Origin: a virus
Taxonomy: Duplodnaviria > Caudoviricetes
IMG/VR virus record: IMGVR_UViG_3300044538_000007
Location: 1 to 51,336 of that record
Length of the DNA stretch: 51,336 nt
Reading direction: 5' to 3' (one strand)
The number at the start of each line of letters is the position of its first letter. The stretch's first letter is position 1. Under the pieces are notes generated by a model. It had not been told where the DNA came from, did not search any database, and saw nothing but the letters and a program-made list of their open reading frames with translations. Positions 27,171 through 35,124 of this stretch are shown piece after piece. A program made the position numbers and the translations under genes.

Positions 27171-27419
27171 ATGGAGGTGCCAACCGTGGAGATGACCGTG
27201 CCTCGTCTGACCTACCGTGAGATCGCCGACGACCTCGCCGCCCGCATCCGTTCCGGGGAGTACCCGCCGGGTGCGTCGCTGCCGTCGTACGCGAATCTCG
27301 CCAAGCTGTACTCCGTGTCCGTGTCCACCGCGCAGCGGGCCGTCGCGCTGCTGCACGACCGGGGCCTGATCATCGGTGAGAAAGGCGTCGGCCTGTACGT
27401 CGCCGGAGGGGAAGCGTGA
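27171..27419 (+). CDS. GntR-family winged-HTH regulator (HTH only); start may be 27186
   Basis: YREIADDLAARIRSGEYPPGASLPS...LAKLYSVSVSTAQRA...GVGLYV. Confidence 0.92.
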   Translation: MEVPTVEMTVPRLTYREIADDLAARIRSGEYPPGASLPSYANLAKLYSVSVSTAQRAVALLHDRGLIIGEKGVGLYVAGGEA

Positions 27420-27691
27420 TGGCCGGGAAGTCGTGGCGCGAGGTGGCGGATTTGCTGGCCGCCCGCCTTTATCACAGCGCCCACTGCGAGGCGCACCCTG
27501 AGTCGAAGCCGGACCTGGATAAGTGTCCGCCCTGTCGCGACCGGGCGGCCTACCGGACGTGGGAGATCAAGAGCGGCCGGACCCACCGCGATCCGCCGTA
27601 CACCGGTGAAATCGTGGACGTTCTCAAGCACGCACGCGGGGAAGTCGTGTCGCAGCCCGCCGCCGGCGTGTTCGTGAAGGAGAAGACGTGA
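27416..27691 (+). CDS. Array gene 1, hypothetical; ends GVFVKEKT
   Basis: GTGA coupling; Cys/His motifs. Confidence 0.7.
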   Translation: MMAGKSWREVADLLAARLYHSAHCEAHPESKPDLDKCPPCRDRAAYRTWEIKSGRTHRDPPYTGEIVDVLKHARGEVVSQPAAGVFVKEKT

Positions 27692-27897
27692 ACGCCTACG
27701 CCTCCCGTCCGTTCGTTCCGGAGTCCACTGACCCGCGTCAAGTAGTGGCCGAGACGCTGGCACGCTATGACGACTGCGAGGTGATCCAGCCCGGCCACTG
27801 GTGGCGTGCTGGCCAGGTTGTGAAGGCGTTGAAGGGCAAGGGCATGATCCGGCCGCTGCGCGAGCGTCGGGGTGTGTTCGTGAAGGAGAAGACGTGA
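27688..27897 (+). CDS. Array gene 2, hypothetical; ends GVFVKEKT
   Basis: Bounded by repeats at both ends. Confidence 0.65.
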   Translation: MNAYASRPFVPESTDPRQVVAETLARYDDCEVIQPGHWWRAGQVVKALKGKGMIRPLRERRGVFVKEKT

Positions 27898-28166
27898 TGG
27901 CGAAGACCGGAGGCGGTGGCGCCCCCTGGATGGAGTTGGAACACCCGAAGCCCCCTCGTGTCGGCGACCGCTACGCCTACTGGAGCGAAGAGCCGCCGGA
28001 AGTGTCGGCGCGTTGCCGGTACTGGCTGCGGCAGATTGACCGTGGGTGGCGGCCGAATGGGCGTCTCGCCAGCGAGTGTTACGACTGTTCGGCCGAGTGG
28101 TACGGGATCTACATCTGGGAGTACCTGAACCTGATCGCGCCGAAGCTGAGGAGCGTAGTGCCGTGA
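27894..28166 (+). CDS. Array gene 3, hypothetical (Trp/Tyr-rich)
   Basis: Starts inside repeat copy 2. Confidence 0.65.
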   Translation: MMAKTGGGGAPWMELEHPKPPRVGDRYAYWSEEPPEVSARCRYWLRQIDRGWRPNGRLASECYDCSAEWYGIYIWEYLNLIAPKLRSVVP

Positions 28167-28396
28167 TGGAGCTACTCAATGACGTCCGCTGGCAGTGCGC
28201 TGGCTGCTCACGGTTCATTGCCGAGTCGGCCGTGGGCAGCGAGGACTACCTAGACCCGGGTGCCTACTACGGCGTCAGTACCCGAAGGTGGGCGGACTGT
28301 CCCCGCTGTGGGCGTACCGACGATCCGCGGGTTGTGGTTATCGGGCAGGTGCGGTACCCGGACTCCCGGGGCGTGTTCGTGAAGGAGAAGACGTGA
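28163..28396 (+). CDS. Array gene 4, zinc-ribbon protein; ends GVFVKEKT
   Basis: CAGC...CPRCG; begins MELL. Confidence 0.65.
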   Translation: MMELLNDVRWQCAGCSRFIAESAVGSEDYLDPGAYYGVSTRRWADCPRCGRTDDPRVVVIGQVRYPDSRGVFVKEKT

Positions 28397-28791
28397 ACCT
28401 GACAGACACAGACCAGATGACTACGTGGGTGCGCACCGAACAGCACATCCTCTGGCACGACTTGCGTGAGGCGATCGGCGGCGCGTTCCACGGCGTGTGG
28501 TCCATCCGGGCGGCGAATATCGCTCACCGAATCGTCGAGGCGGCCCGGCTGGTCGGTCCGACGCCCTACGGCGAAGTACCCTGGCCGATCCTCGCTGGCG
28601 GCGTTTACGAGGCCGTCCTGCGCGCCGGGGAACTATCTCCCGAGCTTCCCGATGAGGCAGAGTGGCTTCGCTTCGACGGACTCATGCAGCGCTACGGCAC
28701 CCGCGCCACACTGCGGCCACAGTTCGCGGCGACGGTGGCCGAGATCAACACCGACCGCGAACGCAACTGGATCAACCGTGGGGATGAGTAG
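28393..28791 (+). CDS. Array gene 5, hypothetical
   Basis: Starts inside repeat copy 3. Confidence 0.65.
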   Translation: MNLTDTDQMTTWVRTEQHILWHDLREAIGGAFHGVWSIRAANIAHRIVEAARLVGPTPYGEVPWPILAGGVYEAVLRAGELSPELPDEAEWLRFDGLMQRYGTRATLRPQFAATVAEINTDRERNWINRGDE

Positions 28792-28825
28792 CGGAGGGGC
28801 CGGGTGTGTTCGTGAAGGAGAAGAC

Positions 28826-28972
28826 GTGACGGACTTGACTGAGCGTCGGACGTGGCCGGGCTGGCCGCGTTTTCTACGTGGCACCGCTGCGATCTTGCGT
28901 AGTGGTGGAGGGCTGGCCCTGACTGTTGCCGATCTGCGGGCCGGGATCCGTTGGTGGGTGCGGGGGTCGTGA
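28826..28972 (+). CDS. Array gene 6, short hypothetical
   Basis: Starts inside repeat copy 4. Confidence 0.5.
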   Translation: MTDLTERRTWPGWPRFLRGTAAILRSGGGLALTVADLRAGIRWWVRGS

Positions 28973-29308
28973 TGGAGCTGGTGGAGTTTCTACGCCAACG
29001 TCTCGACGAAGACGAGGCAGCGGCTAAGGCGTGGCTGCCGATTGGCAACCCGGATGCAGCACAGCGCGAGCACATTGCCCGCCATGATCCGGCGCGGGTG
29101 CTGCGGGAAGTCGACAGCAAGCGACGCATCGTGGAGCAGTACGAGGCGATGCAAGCTGGGGTTGAGGCGGCGGCCGGCACCATCCTGGCTGGCGCGGCCA
29201 AGGTTCGGCTAGGCGCATACAAGTTCGCGCTGAAGTGCCTGGCTCTGCCGTACGCCGACCACCCGGACTACGACGAGAAGTGGCGGTCGTGATGGAGCTG
29301 GTGGAGTT
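28965..29308 (+). repeat. Second 24-bp direct repeat GGTCGTGATGGAGCTGGTGGAGTT at 28965 and 29285 (12-bp partial copy at 28162)
   Basis: Read directly; flanks array gene 7. Confidence 0.95.
28969..29292 (+). CDS. Array gene 7, DUF6221-like protein
   Basis: LVEFLRQRLDEDE...HIARHDPARVLREVDSKRRI...LALPYADHPDYDEKW. Confidence 0.8.
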   Translation: MMELVEFLRQRLDEDEAAAKAWLPIGNPDAAQREHIARHDPARVLREVDSKRRIVEQYEAMQAGVEAAAGTILAGAAKVRLGAYKFALKCLALPYADHPDYDEKWRS

Positions 29309-29561
29309 CCCCCGCACCCGACGCTTCTGGACCTATCCCCGCAGCGAGTGGGATCCGGAGTGGTGGCACAAGGCCGGCGTCCCCTACTTCGGCGGTGACG
29401 AGTGGGGCCGCCGCACGATCGTGGTCGGCTTCTGGTTCGTTGGCTACCTGGTGTGGGCGTGGCGCACCTGCTGGTGCCCGGAGTGCCACGAGATGCGCGA
29501 GCAGACCTACCGGCTGTTGAACGAGGACCCCGGCGGTGTGTTCGTGAAGGAGAAGACGTGA
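29289..29561 (+). CDS. Array gene 8, hypothetical; begins MELVEF and ends GVFVKEKT
   Basis: Bounded by both repeat types. Confidence 0.65.
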   Translation: MMELVEFPRTRRFWTYPRSEWDPEWWHKAGVPYFGGDEWGRRTIVVGFWFVGYLVWAWRTCWCPECHEMREQTYRLLNEDPGGVFVKEKT

Positions 29562-30190
29562 GCGAGGAACCGTACGACAGCACCGCCGACACGTTGAGGC
29601 ACAGCCTCCGCGTCGGCGAACTCGTGGGCGACGCAGTGAAGGAGCTGGTCGACCGGTCCGTCCGGCACGACATCAGCAAGACCTTGGAGCCGGAGGTTGG
29701 TGTGTTCAACGAGTTCACGCCGAAGCTGCGGACGAGCACGTACGGGTCCGACGAGTACAAGGGCTTCCTCGCGGCGATGGGCGAAGGTCTCGCGCACCAC
29801 TACGCCAACAACCGTCATCACCCGGAACACTTCACTGACGGTGTGAACGACATGACCCTAGTCGACCTGATCGAGATGCTGGCCGACTGGAAGGCGGCGA
29901 CCGAGCGGCACGCCGATGGCGACCTCGCGCGCAGCCTGGACATCCAGCGAGAGCGGTTCGGCATGTCGGACCAGCTCTACCGGATCTTGTGGAACACCGC
30001 CCGGCACTTCGTGTGGATGCCTGGCCGGCTGTGCGGCGCCAGCCATACGTGGCCGGACGGGCTGACCTACACCTGCAATGTGCCGCTCGATGGCCCGGGC
30101 TGGCATTGGGGCGGCCATGCTGACGGCAACTTTGATGGCGGTCAAGCCGAATGGTGGGGGCAAGGAGCGCGTGCATCCAAAACTGTTTAG
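29558..30190 (+). CDS. Array gene 9, DUF5662/HD-like protein
   Basis: HDISK, HHYANNRHHPEH, DLIEMLADWKAA. Confidence 0.75.
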   Translation: MSEEPYDSTADTLRHSLRVGELVGDAVKELVDRSVRHDISKTLEPEVGVFNEFTPKLRTSTYGSDEYKGFLAAMGEGLAHHYANNRHHPEHFTDGVNDMTLVDLIEMLADWKAATERHADGDLARSLDIQRERFGMSDQLYRILWNTARHFVWMPGRLCGASHTWPDGLTYTCNVPLDGPGWHWGGHADGNFDGGQAEWWGQGARASKTV

Positions 30191-31035
30191 GGCGTACGTC
30201 GCGCGGCGGCTGCCCCGCTGGCCGGCAGAGGCAGCCCGGACACCGCGGCATGCAGCAGCTGCGGTTGCACCCGCCGGTAGATCGCCGTCGTGGCCGGCTT
30301 CGCGTGGCCGAGTAGCTGCTGAGCGACCTGTATGTCGGCCGTGTCCAGGTAGGTGGCGTACCAGTGCCGGAAACGGTGCATGGTGACACCGGTCAGGCCG
30401 AGCTTACGGAACTGGGTGCCGGCCATCTGGGAGATGTACTGCGCCGACGCGGGCAGCCCCCTGCGGGTGCGGGCCACCCGACCGGGCGGCAGTTGCCGGA
30501 CGGCGTCGTACACCTGCTGTGGGGTTGGCACCACCCGGTGTTTGTCGCCCTTGCCGGACAGCCAGGTGATCTCTTCGGTCACGTCGTCGCGGTCCAGCCG
30601 GGAGATTTCGACGTCGCGGGCGCCGAGCCCGGCCGCCAGCAGCACCCACAGCCGGTACGGGTCGGCGGCCTCGGCGAGGACGCGGCGCAGCTGGTCGTGG
30701 CTGACCGGCCGGGGGCTGCCGGCCGGAGTCTTCGGCCGGCGGATGTCGGCCACCGGGTCGCAGGCCAGACCGCCGCGGCGACCGGCGAAGTGGGTGTAGA
30801 AGCCGGCGAGGGCGGCGCGGTAGGAGGCGCGGGCGTTGGCGGTCAGCGGGCCGCGCTGTCCGGGCCGCTGGAGCCAGGCTTGGATCTCGTCGCGGGTGGC
30901 TTCGAGGCCGCGGGGGAGTTCGCGGTCGGCTTTGGTGAGGACGGCGCGGCGGTGGTCGATGGTGCGGTCGGCGCGTTCGAGCTCCACCCGCAGGTATTCG
31001 CAGTAGGTGGTGATGAGGTCGGCGCATGGTGACAT
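30187..31035 (-). CDS. int: Tyrosine integrase/recombinase with no arm-binding domain; ORF open to 31134
   Basis: Catalytic R (GARDVEI), K (GKGDK), HRFRH, LLGH, TTAIY. Confidence 0.92.
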   Translation of the reverse strand: MSPCADLITTYCEYLRVELERADRTIDHRRAVLTKADRELPRGLEATRDEIQAWLQRPGQRGPLTANARASYRAALAGFYTHFAGRRGGLACDPVADIRRPKTPAGSPRPVSHDQLRRVLAEAADPYRLWVLLAAGLGARDVEISRLDRDDVTEEITWLSGKGDKHRVVPTPQQVYDAVRQLPPGRVARTRRGLPASAQYISQMAGTQFRKLGLTGVTMHRFRHWYATYLDTADIQVAQQLLGHAKPATTAIYRRVQPQLLHAAVSGLPLPASGAAAARRTP

Positions 31036-31175
31036 CGGATCATGGTTGGTTCGGTGTCGCGGTGAAACATCCGCCAGTTGGCTGATCTTCGACCGGTTGG
31101 CGATCAAGGCTTGCTCACCGGCTCCAGTAGTCACAGTCGGGGTATGGCGCGCAGGCCAGGCGTCGGGTGGGCATG

Positions 31176-31556
31176 TCAGGCCGCCGGGATGCGGGTGGCG
31201 CGGCCGTGGCCGAGGGTCATCTTGTCGGTGGGGGCGGGCCGGGGCGTCCGGACGGGGGAGACGCCGATGGTGCGTACCGTGCCGTACCGTGACATCTTGG
31301 GCGTCCTGATTGACTGGGCAATAGATCCGTTCTGAGGGAAGAGCCGGTTCACCGGCACGTCCAGTACTGTCGCGATCCGCTCCAGGTCATCGAGATCAAA
31401 CGCTGTATCTCCGGTCAGCCGTCGAGACACGTACGCCTGTGACCGGCCGATCGCCGAGGCGAGCCCGGCGCCAGTGACGCGCCGCCGCGTCATCCACACC
31501 CGGACCTCTTCGGCGACCGCAACCCTCAGTCGCTGAGCGGTTCCCATCTCTGCCAT
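31176..31556 (-). CDS. Immunity repressor (XRE HTH) with a long C-terminal extension ending IPAA
   Basis: GLASAIGRSQAYVSRRLTG; upstream of int, divergent from Cro. Confidence 0.85.
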   Translation of the reverse strand: MAEMGTAQRLRVAVAEEVRVWMTRRRVTGAGLASAIGRSQAYVSRRLTGDTAFDLDDLERIATVLDVPVNRLFPQNGSIAQSIRTPKMSRYGTVRTIGVSPVRTPRPAPTDKMTLGHGRATRIPAA

Positions 31557-31655
31557 GTGCAGAGTGTTACACGCTCAGCGTGTAGATCACAATGCCTGAG
31601 ATTCGAGCTTACGCGCTTGCTTGACATCTTCCGCTCAGCGTAAGACACTTCCGGT
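31529..31655. promoter_or_regulatory. Lysis-lysogeny switch: divergent leaderless promoters and three CGCTCAGCG/CGCTGAGCG operators
   Basis: Rightward TTGACA(31621)-N17-GACACT-N6-ATG; leftward TTGTGA-N18-AACACT-N6-ATG; operator palindromes near 31531, 31572 and 31632. Confidence 0.75.
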
Positions 31656-31889
31656 ATGAGCAAGCCTCTCCCCCAGTTCGTTGCCGAGCGGGTGCGTGCC
31701 GAGTTGGGCATCCAGCAGATCAGCGGCGCCGAGCTGGCGCGGCGGATGAACGTCAGCCAGGCGTACGTCTGGCGCCGCCTCAACGGCGAGACGCCATTCG
31801 ACGTCGCCGAGCTCGCGAGCCTTGCTGAACTGCTCGGCGTACCGGTAACCCGGTTCCTGCCGGTCGATATCGAGGCGGCCGCGTCATGA
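31656..31889 (+). CDS. Cro-like XRE HTH protein
   Basis: ELARRMNVSQAYVWRRLNGETPFD; recognition helix almost identical to the repressor's. Confidence 0.85.
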   Translation: MSKPLPQFVAERVRAELGIQQISGAELARRMNVSQAYVWRRLNGETPFDVAELASLAELLGVPVTRFLPVDIEAAAS

Positions 31890-32893
31890 CCGAGCTCGCG
31901 CTATCCGGCATCGTCTTCGACCCCGACGTCTACCCGCGGTCCGAGTGGTCGCAGGCGACGGTGGACCGGTACGCCGAGGCCCTCGCTGCCGGGGATGTGT
32001 TCCCGGCGATCGCGCTCGAGGCGGGCACGAACCGGCTGCTGGACGGGATGCACCGGGCTCGAGCGCACCGGCAGGCCGAGCGGGACACGATCGACGTGGA
32101 CTACCACTCGATACCGGCCGGCGTTCCGGTGAAGCTGTATGCCGCGTCGCTGTCGACGAAGCACGGCGACCGGATCGCCTGGACTGATCTGGCCGCGATC
32201 GCGCGGGAGATCGCCGCGGCGAACCCGGACTACTCGATCGCGACGATCGCAAAGTACGCCGGCGTTACGCCGAAGACGGTCGGGAAGTGGACCGCAGACA
32301 TCACTGAGCGGCGTCAAGCGCTGCTTGCCATCCGCGTCCTACTGCTGACCCGCGCCGGATGGAAGCAAACCGAGGTAGCTGAAGCGCTGAACGTCAGCCA
32401 GCCGACTATCAGCCGTATTCAGAACCGGAACGGGGAAGATCTGAATATCGGTGAGGATCTACTTCGCGAGGCCGTGGAGGGCCTGCCCGCTGAGGTGGAT
32501 GCGGACGCGATCGTGGAGGAGATACGGCAGGAGCGCATCTTCGCCCAATGGTCCGACGAGGACCGGGACCTACTCAAGCGGCTCCGCGATGGCGAAACCG
32601 TCGTCGTGTCCATGCGCACTCACAACAACCTGATCGGCTGGGCGGAGACTGCGGGGCTGTACGAGCGGGTGGACCGGCGCAGCCCGTGGGGCAACCCGTT
32701 CGAGATGCCCGACGACGGCGACCGCGACACGGTGATCCGCCACTACGAACAGCACTACCTGCCGCACAAGCCGTCGCTGCTGGCCAAACTCGACAGCCTG
32801 CGCGGTAAGGCACTCGGCTGCTGGTGCGCGCCGGAAGCCTGCCATGGCGACGTGCTCGCCGCATGGGCCGAAGGGCGGGGCGAGCAATGCTGA
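31886..32893 (+). CDS. ParB-like N-terminal domain + HTHs + C-terminal DUF4326-like domain
   Basis: YPR...LLDGMHR; QTEVAEALNVSQPTIS; DRRSPWGNPF...LRGKALGCWCAPEACHGDVL. Confidence 0.8.
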   Translation: MTELALSGIVFDPDVYPRSEWSQATVDRYAEALAAGDVFPAIALEAGTNRLLDGMHRARAHRQAERDTIDVDYHSIPAGVPVKLYAASLSTKHGDRIAWTDLAAIAREIAAANPDYSIATIAKYAGVTPKTVGKWTADITERRQALLAIRVLLLTRAGWKQTEVAEALNVSQPTISRIQNRNGEDLNIGEDLLREAVEGLPAEVDADAIVEEIRQERIFAQWSDEDRDLLKRLRDGETVVVSMRTHNNLIGWAETAGLYERVDRRSPWGNPFEMPDDGDRDTVIRHYEQHYLPHKPSLLAKLDSLRGKALGCWCAPEACHGDVLAAWAEGRGEQC

Positions 32894-33636
32894 CCATCGA
32901 CGATTTCGTCATGCTCGGCAAGACCGTACCCGAGCCCACCCGCCGCGACGGCCGCGTGTTCGTCTGCTCCGCAGGTATCAGTCCGACGCTCCGATCGTTG
33001 ATACGCATCTACCCCCTCGCGCGTCGGAACACGCCGCCGAGGTGGTCGGTCAGCACAGTCAAGCTGATCCGCAACCCCGACGACAGCCGGACGGAGTCGT
33101 TCAAACTCGAGGGCGACCGCCGACCAGGCGCGCACGAGTGGATCAACAACTCATTCCAGATCGACGGCATGTGGCCGCCGGCCGCTCGAGCAGACCTGCT
33201 GTCGCGGTACGTCGTCGGCAGCATTCCAGAGGCGAACGACAAGCGGCTCAGCTTGGCGATCATCCACCCGGACCAGGTGGAGCTGACCTTCAAGCACAAC
33301 CCCGACTCGCCCGATTCGCCGCTGCTCACGCTGTTCGACCTCGAGCCTAGGCCGACCGAGGGTGCCAAGCGGTTCGCCTACATCCCGCAGCTCAGCTTCA
33401 AGGACGCTGACCGCGAGAACCACCTCATGCTGCGCGATTGGGGCTGCTTCGAGTTCATGCGCAAGCAGGGCGACGCTAAGCGATTCCAGCTCTCCGATGC
33501 GCTCCACCTCACGCCACTGAGTTCGCTGCTCGTCGGCAACTTCAACCAGCACCGCACCTCATGGCTGGTCATCTCGGTGCTCAACGGCCTCCGAAACGCA
33601 CCGTCCCTACTCGACGAACTGGAGGCCGCGTCGTGA
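32887..33636 (+). CDS. Hypothetical protein (KTVP...VCSAG...IRIYP family)
   Basis: Coupled to the upstream gene; DWG, VGNFNQH...WLVIS motifs. Confidence 0.7.
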   Translation: MLTIDDFVMLGKTVPEPTRRDGRVFVCSAGISPTLRSLIRIYPLARRNTPPRWSVSTVKLIRNPDDSRTESFKLEGDRRPGAHEWINNSFQIDGMWPPAARADLLSRYVVGSIPEANDKRLSLAIIHPDQVELTFKHNPDSPDSPLLTLFDLEPRPTEGAKRFAYIPQLSFKDADRENHLMLRDWGCFEFMRKQGDAKRFQLSDALHLTPLSSLLVGNFNQHRTSWLVISVLNGLRNAPSLLDELEAAS

Positions 33637-33818
33637 GCAAGCCGGCGAAGCAGATCCCGCCGCCGCCCAAGCAGCCCAAGCCGACCAAGCAGATCCCACC
33701 CGGCAAAGGCGGCAACGGGGCGAAGAAGGGCATGCCGCCGTGGCGGCCGAAGAAGAACCCACTACCCGCGCTCCTCGCCTTCCACCGGGGCCGCACCTAC
33801 ATGGAGGCAAGATCATGA
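33633..33818 (+). CDS. Lys/Pro-rich small protein
   Basis: GTGA/ATGA coupling at both ends. Confidence 0.5.
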   Translation: MSKPAKQIPPPPKQPKPTKQIPPGKGGNGAKKGMPPWRPKKNPLPALLAFHRGRTYMEARS

Positions 33819-34093
33819 GCGTCACCAACTACTGGCGGCCCGAGGACAAGCAACTCGCCGAAGAAATCGGCAACATGCTCTGGCACATCGAGGGCAACTA
33901 CAACCGCGAGGGCTCCGGCCCCGGCTCCCGCTTCGAAGGACAACGGCTGGAGATCGTCCAGGCGCACGCGGTGATCCGACGGATCCGCGAGCACCTCGAT
34001 GCCGCCGAGCCGGTCGAGACAGCGGAGCAGTCGGCGGCGATCGTGGACGCGAATCTGCGTCGCATGGGAATCACCCTAGGCGGCGAGTCGTGA
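33815..34093 (+). CDS. Hypothetical protein
   Basis: RBS GGAGG; coupled. Confidence 0.65.
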   Translation: MSVTNYWRPEDKQLAEEIGNMLWHIEGNYNREGSGPGSRFEGQRLEIVQAHAVIRRIREHLDAAEPVETAEQSAAIVDANLRRMGITLGGES

Positions 34094-34338
34094 TCCGCCG
34101 TCTTGGCCTACTGGCCATTGCCGCCGGCACCGTCCTCACCGTCGCCGGCATCGTCAGCTTGCAGGCCGGATCCGGTGGCCGATCCACCGCCCTACTCGTC
34201 GCCCTGGCCCTGCTGTACGTGGGTGGCATGTACGGCCGGGCCGTCCTCACCGCCGTGACGAGTCAGCCGGTGCCGGTGCCCCCCGGCCCGTCGGGGCCCA
34301 CCATGCCACCCCGACCCCGCGTAGAGGTGAAGCCGTGA
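34090..34338 (+). CDS. Membrane protein
   Basis: Two TM segments; coupled. Confidence 0.65.
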   Translation: MIRRLGLLAIAAGTVLTVAGIVSLQAGSGGRSTALLVALALLYVGGMYGRAVLTAVTSQPVPVPPGPSGPTMPPRPRVEVKP

Positions 34339-34532
34339 CGCGCCCCGATGTAACCGTCCCCGGCTGGGAGGGCTCCACTGGCCCGTTCCCCGGCCAGTAC
34401 AACCTGCCGCACGTATACGCCCGCGACATCCACTCCGGTGCTGGCAACTGCGTCTGCGGCCGGGCTCTCGGCCATTCAAAGCATGTCCAGGCCGCGCCAG
34501 GTGTGCCGATCCCCGATCACCTGCGCCCATGA
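34335..34532 (+). CDS. Hypothetical protein
   Basis: Coupled; CVCG...H motif. Confidence 0.6.
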   Translation: MTRPDVTVPGWEGSTGPFPGQYNLPHVYARDIHSGAGNCVCGRALGHSKHVQAAPGVPIPDHLRP

Positions 34533-34653
34533 TCTCCGGGTCCGGTTCGCCGCGCACGGGAACGCGGGCCGGACCCGGCAGCACACACAAAACCAGCGTC
34601 CGCCAACTGAGTGCCGAACCCGGATGACGGACGCCAGACCAAAGGAGTATCGC

Positions 34654-35124
34654 ATGACACAGGTAAGCCTGTCGTTCATCGTCGGCCTGATCGTCGCAGG
34701 CCTCATCACCGTCGCCGGCATTGTGGTGACCGTCCTCGGGGTCCGTTGGTGGCGCCGCGAGCGTGCGGACCGGAGCTACTCGGAGACCGAGTTCGCCGCC
34801 GTAACAACCATCGCCGGCATCGTCGCCGTCGTCGTCACCCTCGGCATCTCCGCCTGGGTGTTCTTCCCCTACAGCATGGAGTACCACCAGTTCCGGCACG
34901 TTGAGGGCAACGTCCAGGATGTGCAGTCCCGGTTCCTAGGCGACGGCAAGTCGACCAGCCAGAACTACGCCGTCCGGCTCACCGAGGACGGGCAGACGTA
35001 CCGGTGTGACGACTCTCGATGCTCGCTGCTGAAGCCGGGGGACCACATCTCGTTGTGGTGTATCCGGGAGTGGCAGTACGCGTCTACGTCCGGGTACCGG
35101 TGCCGTTTCGAGGACGCGTCATGA
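34654..35124 (+). CDS. Membrane protein
   Basis: RBS AAGGAG; two TM segments and a Cys-containing domain. Confidence 0.7.
   Translation: MTQVSLSFIVGLIVAGLITVAGIVVTVLGVRWWRRERADRSYSETEFAAVTTIAGIVAVVVTLGISAWVFFPYSMEYHQFRHVEGNVQDVQSRFLGDGKSTSQNYAVRLTEDGQTYRCDDSRCSLLKPGDHISLWCIREWQYASTSGYRCRFEDAS

Larger units (their letters stand above)
27668..29561 (+). repeat. Five identical 24-bp direct repeats GTGTTCGTGAAGGAGAAGACGTGA at 27668, 27874, 28373, 28806 and 29538
   Basis: Read directly; each is preceded by GG(C/T) and contains RBS AAGGAG plus an overlapping GTG start/TGA stop. Confidence 0.97.

Noticed and set aside
27668-29561. CRISPR array interpretation of the 24-bp repeats
   Set aside because: Spacers are about 180-710 bp, irregular and protein-coding; the repeat is not palindromic; no cas genes are present.
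27416-31035. Classical integron or shufflon
   Set aside because: No attC-like GTTRRRY/RYYYAAC palindromes, all repeats are direct, the array lies 3' of the recombinase, and I saw no IntI-specific insertion.
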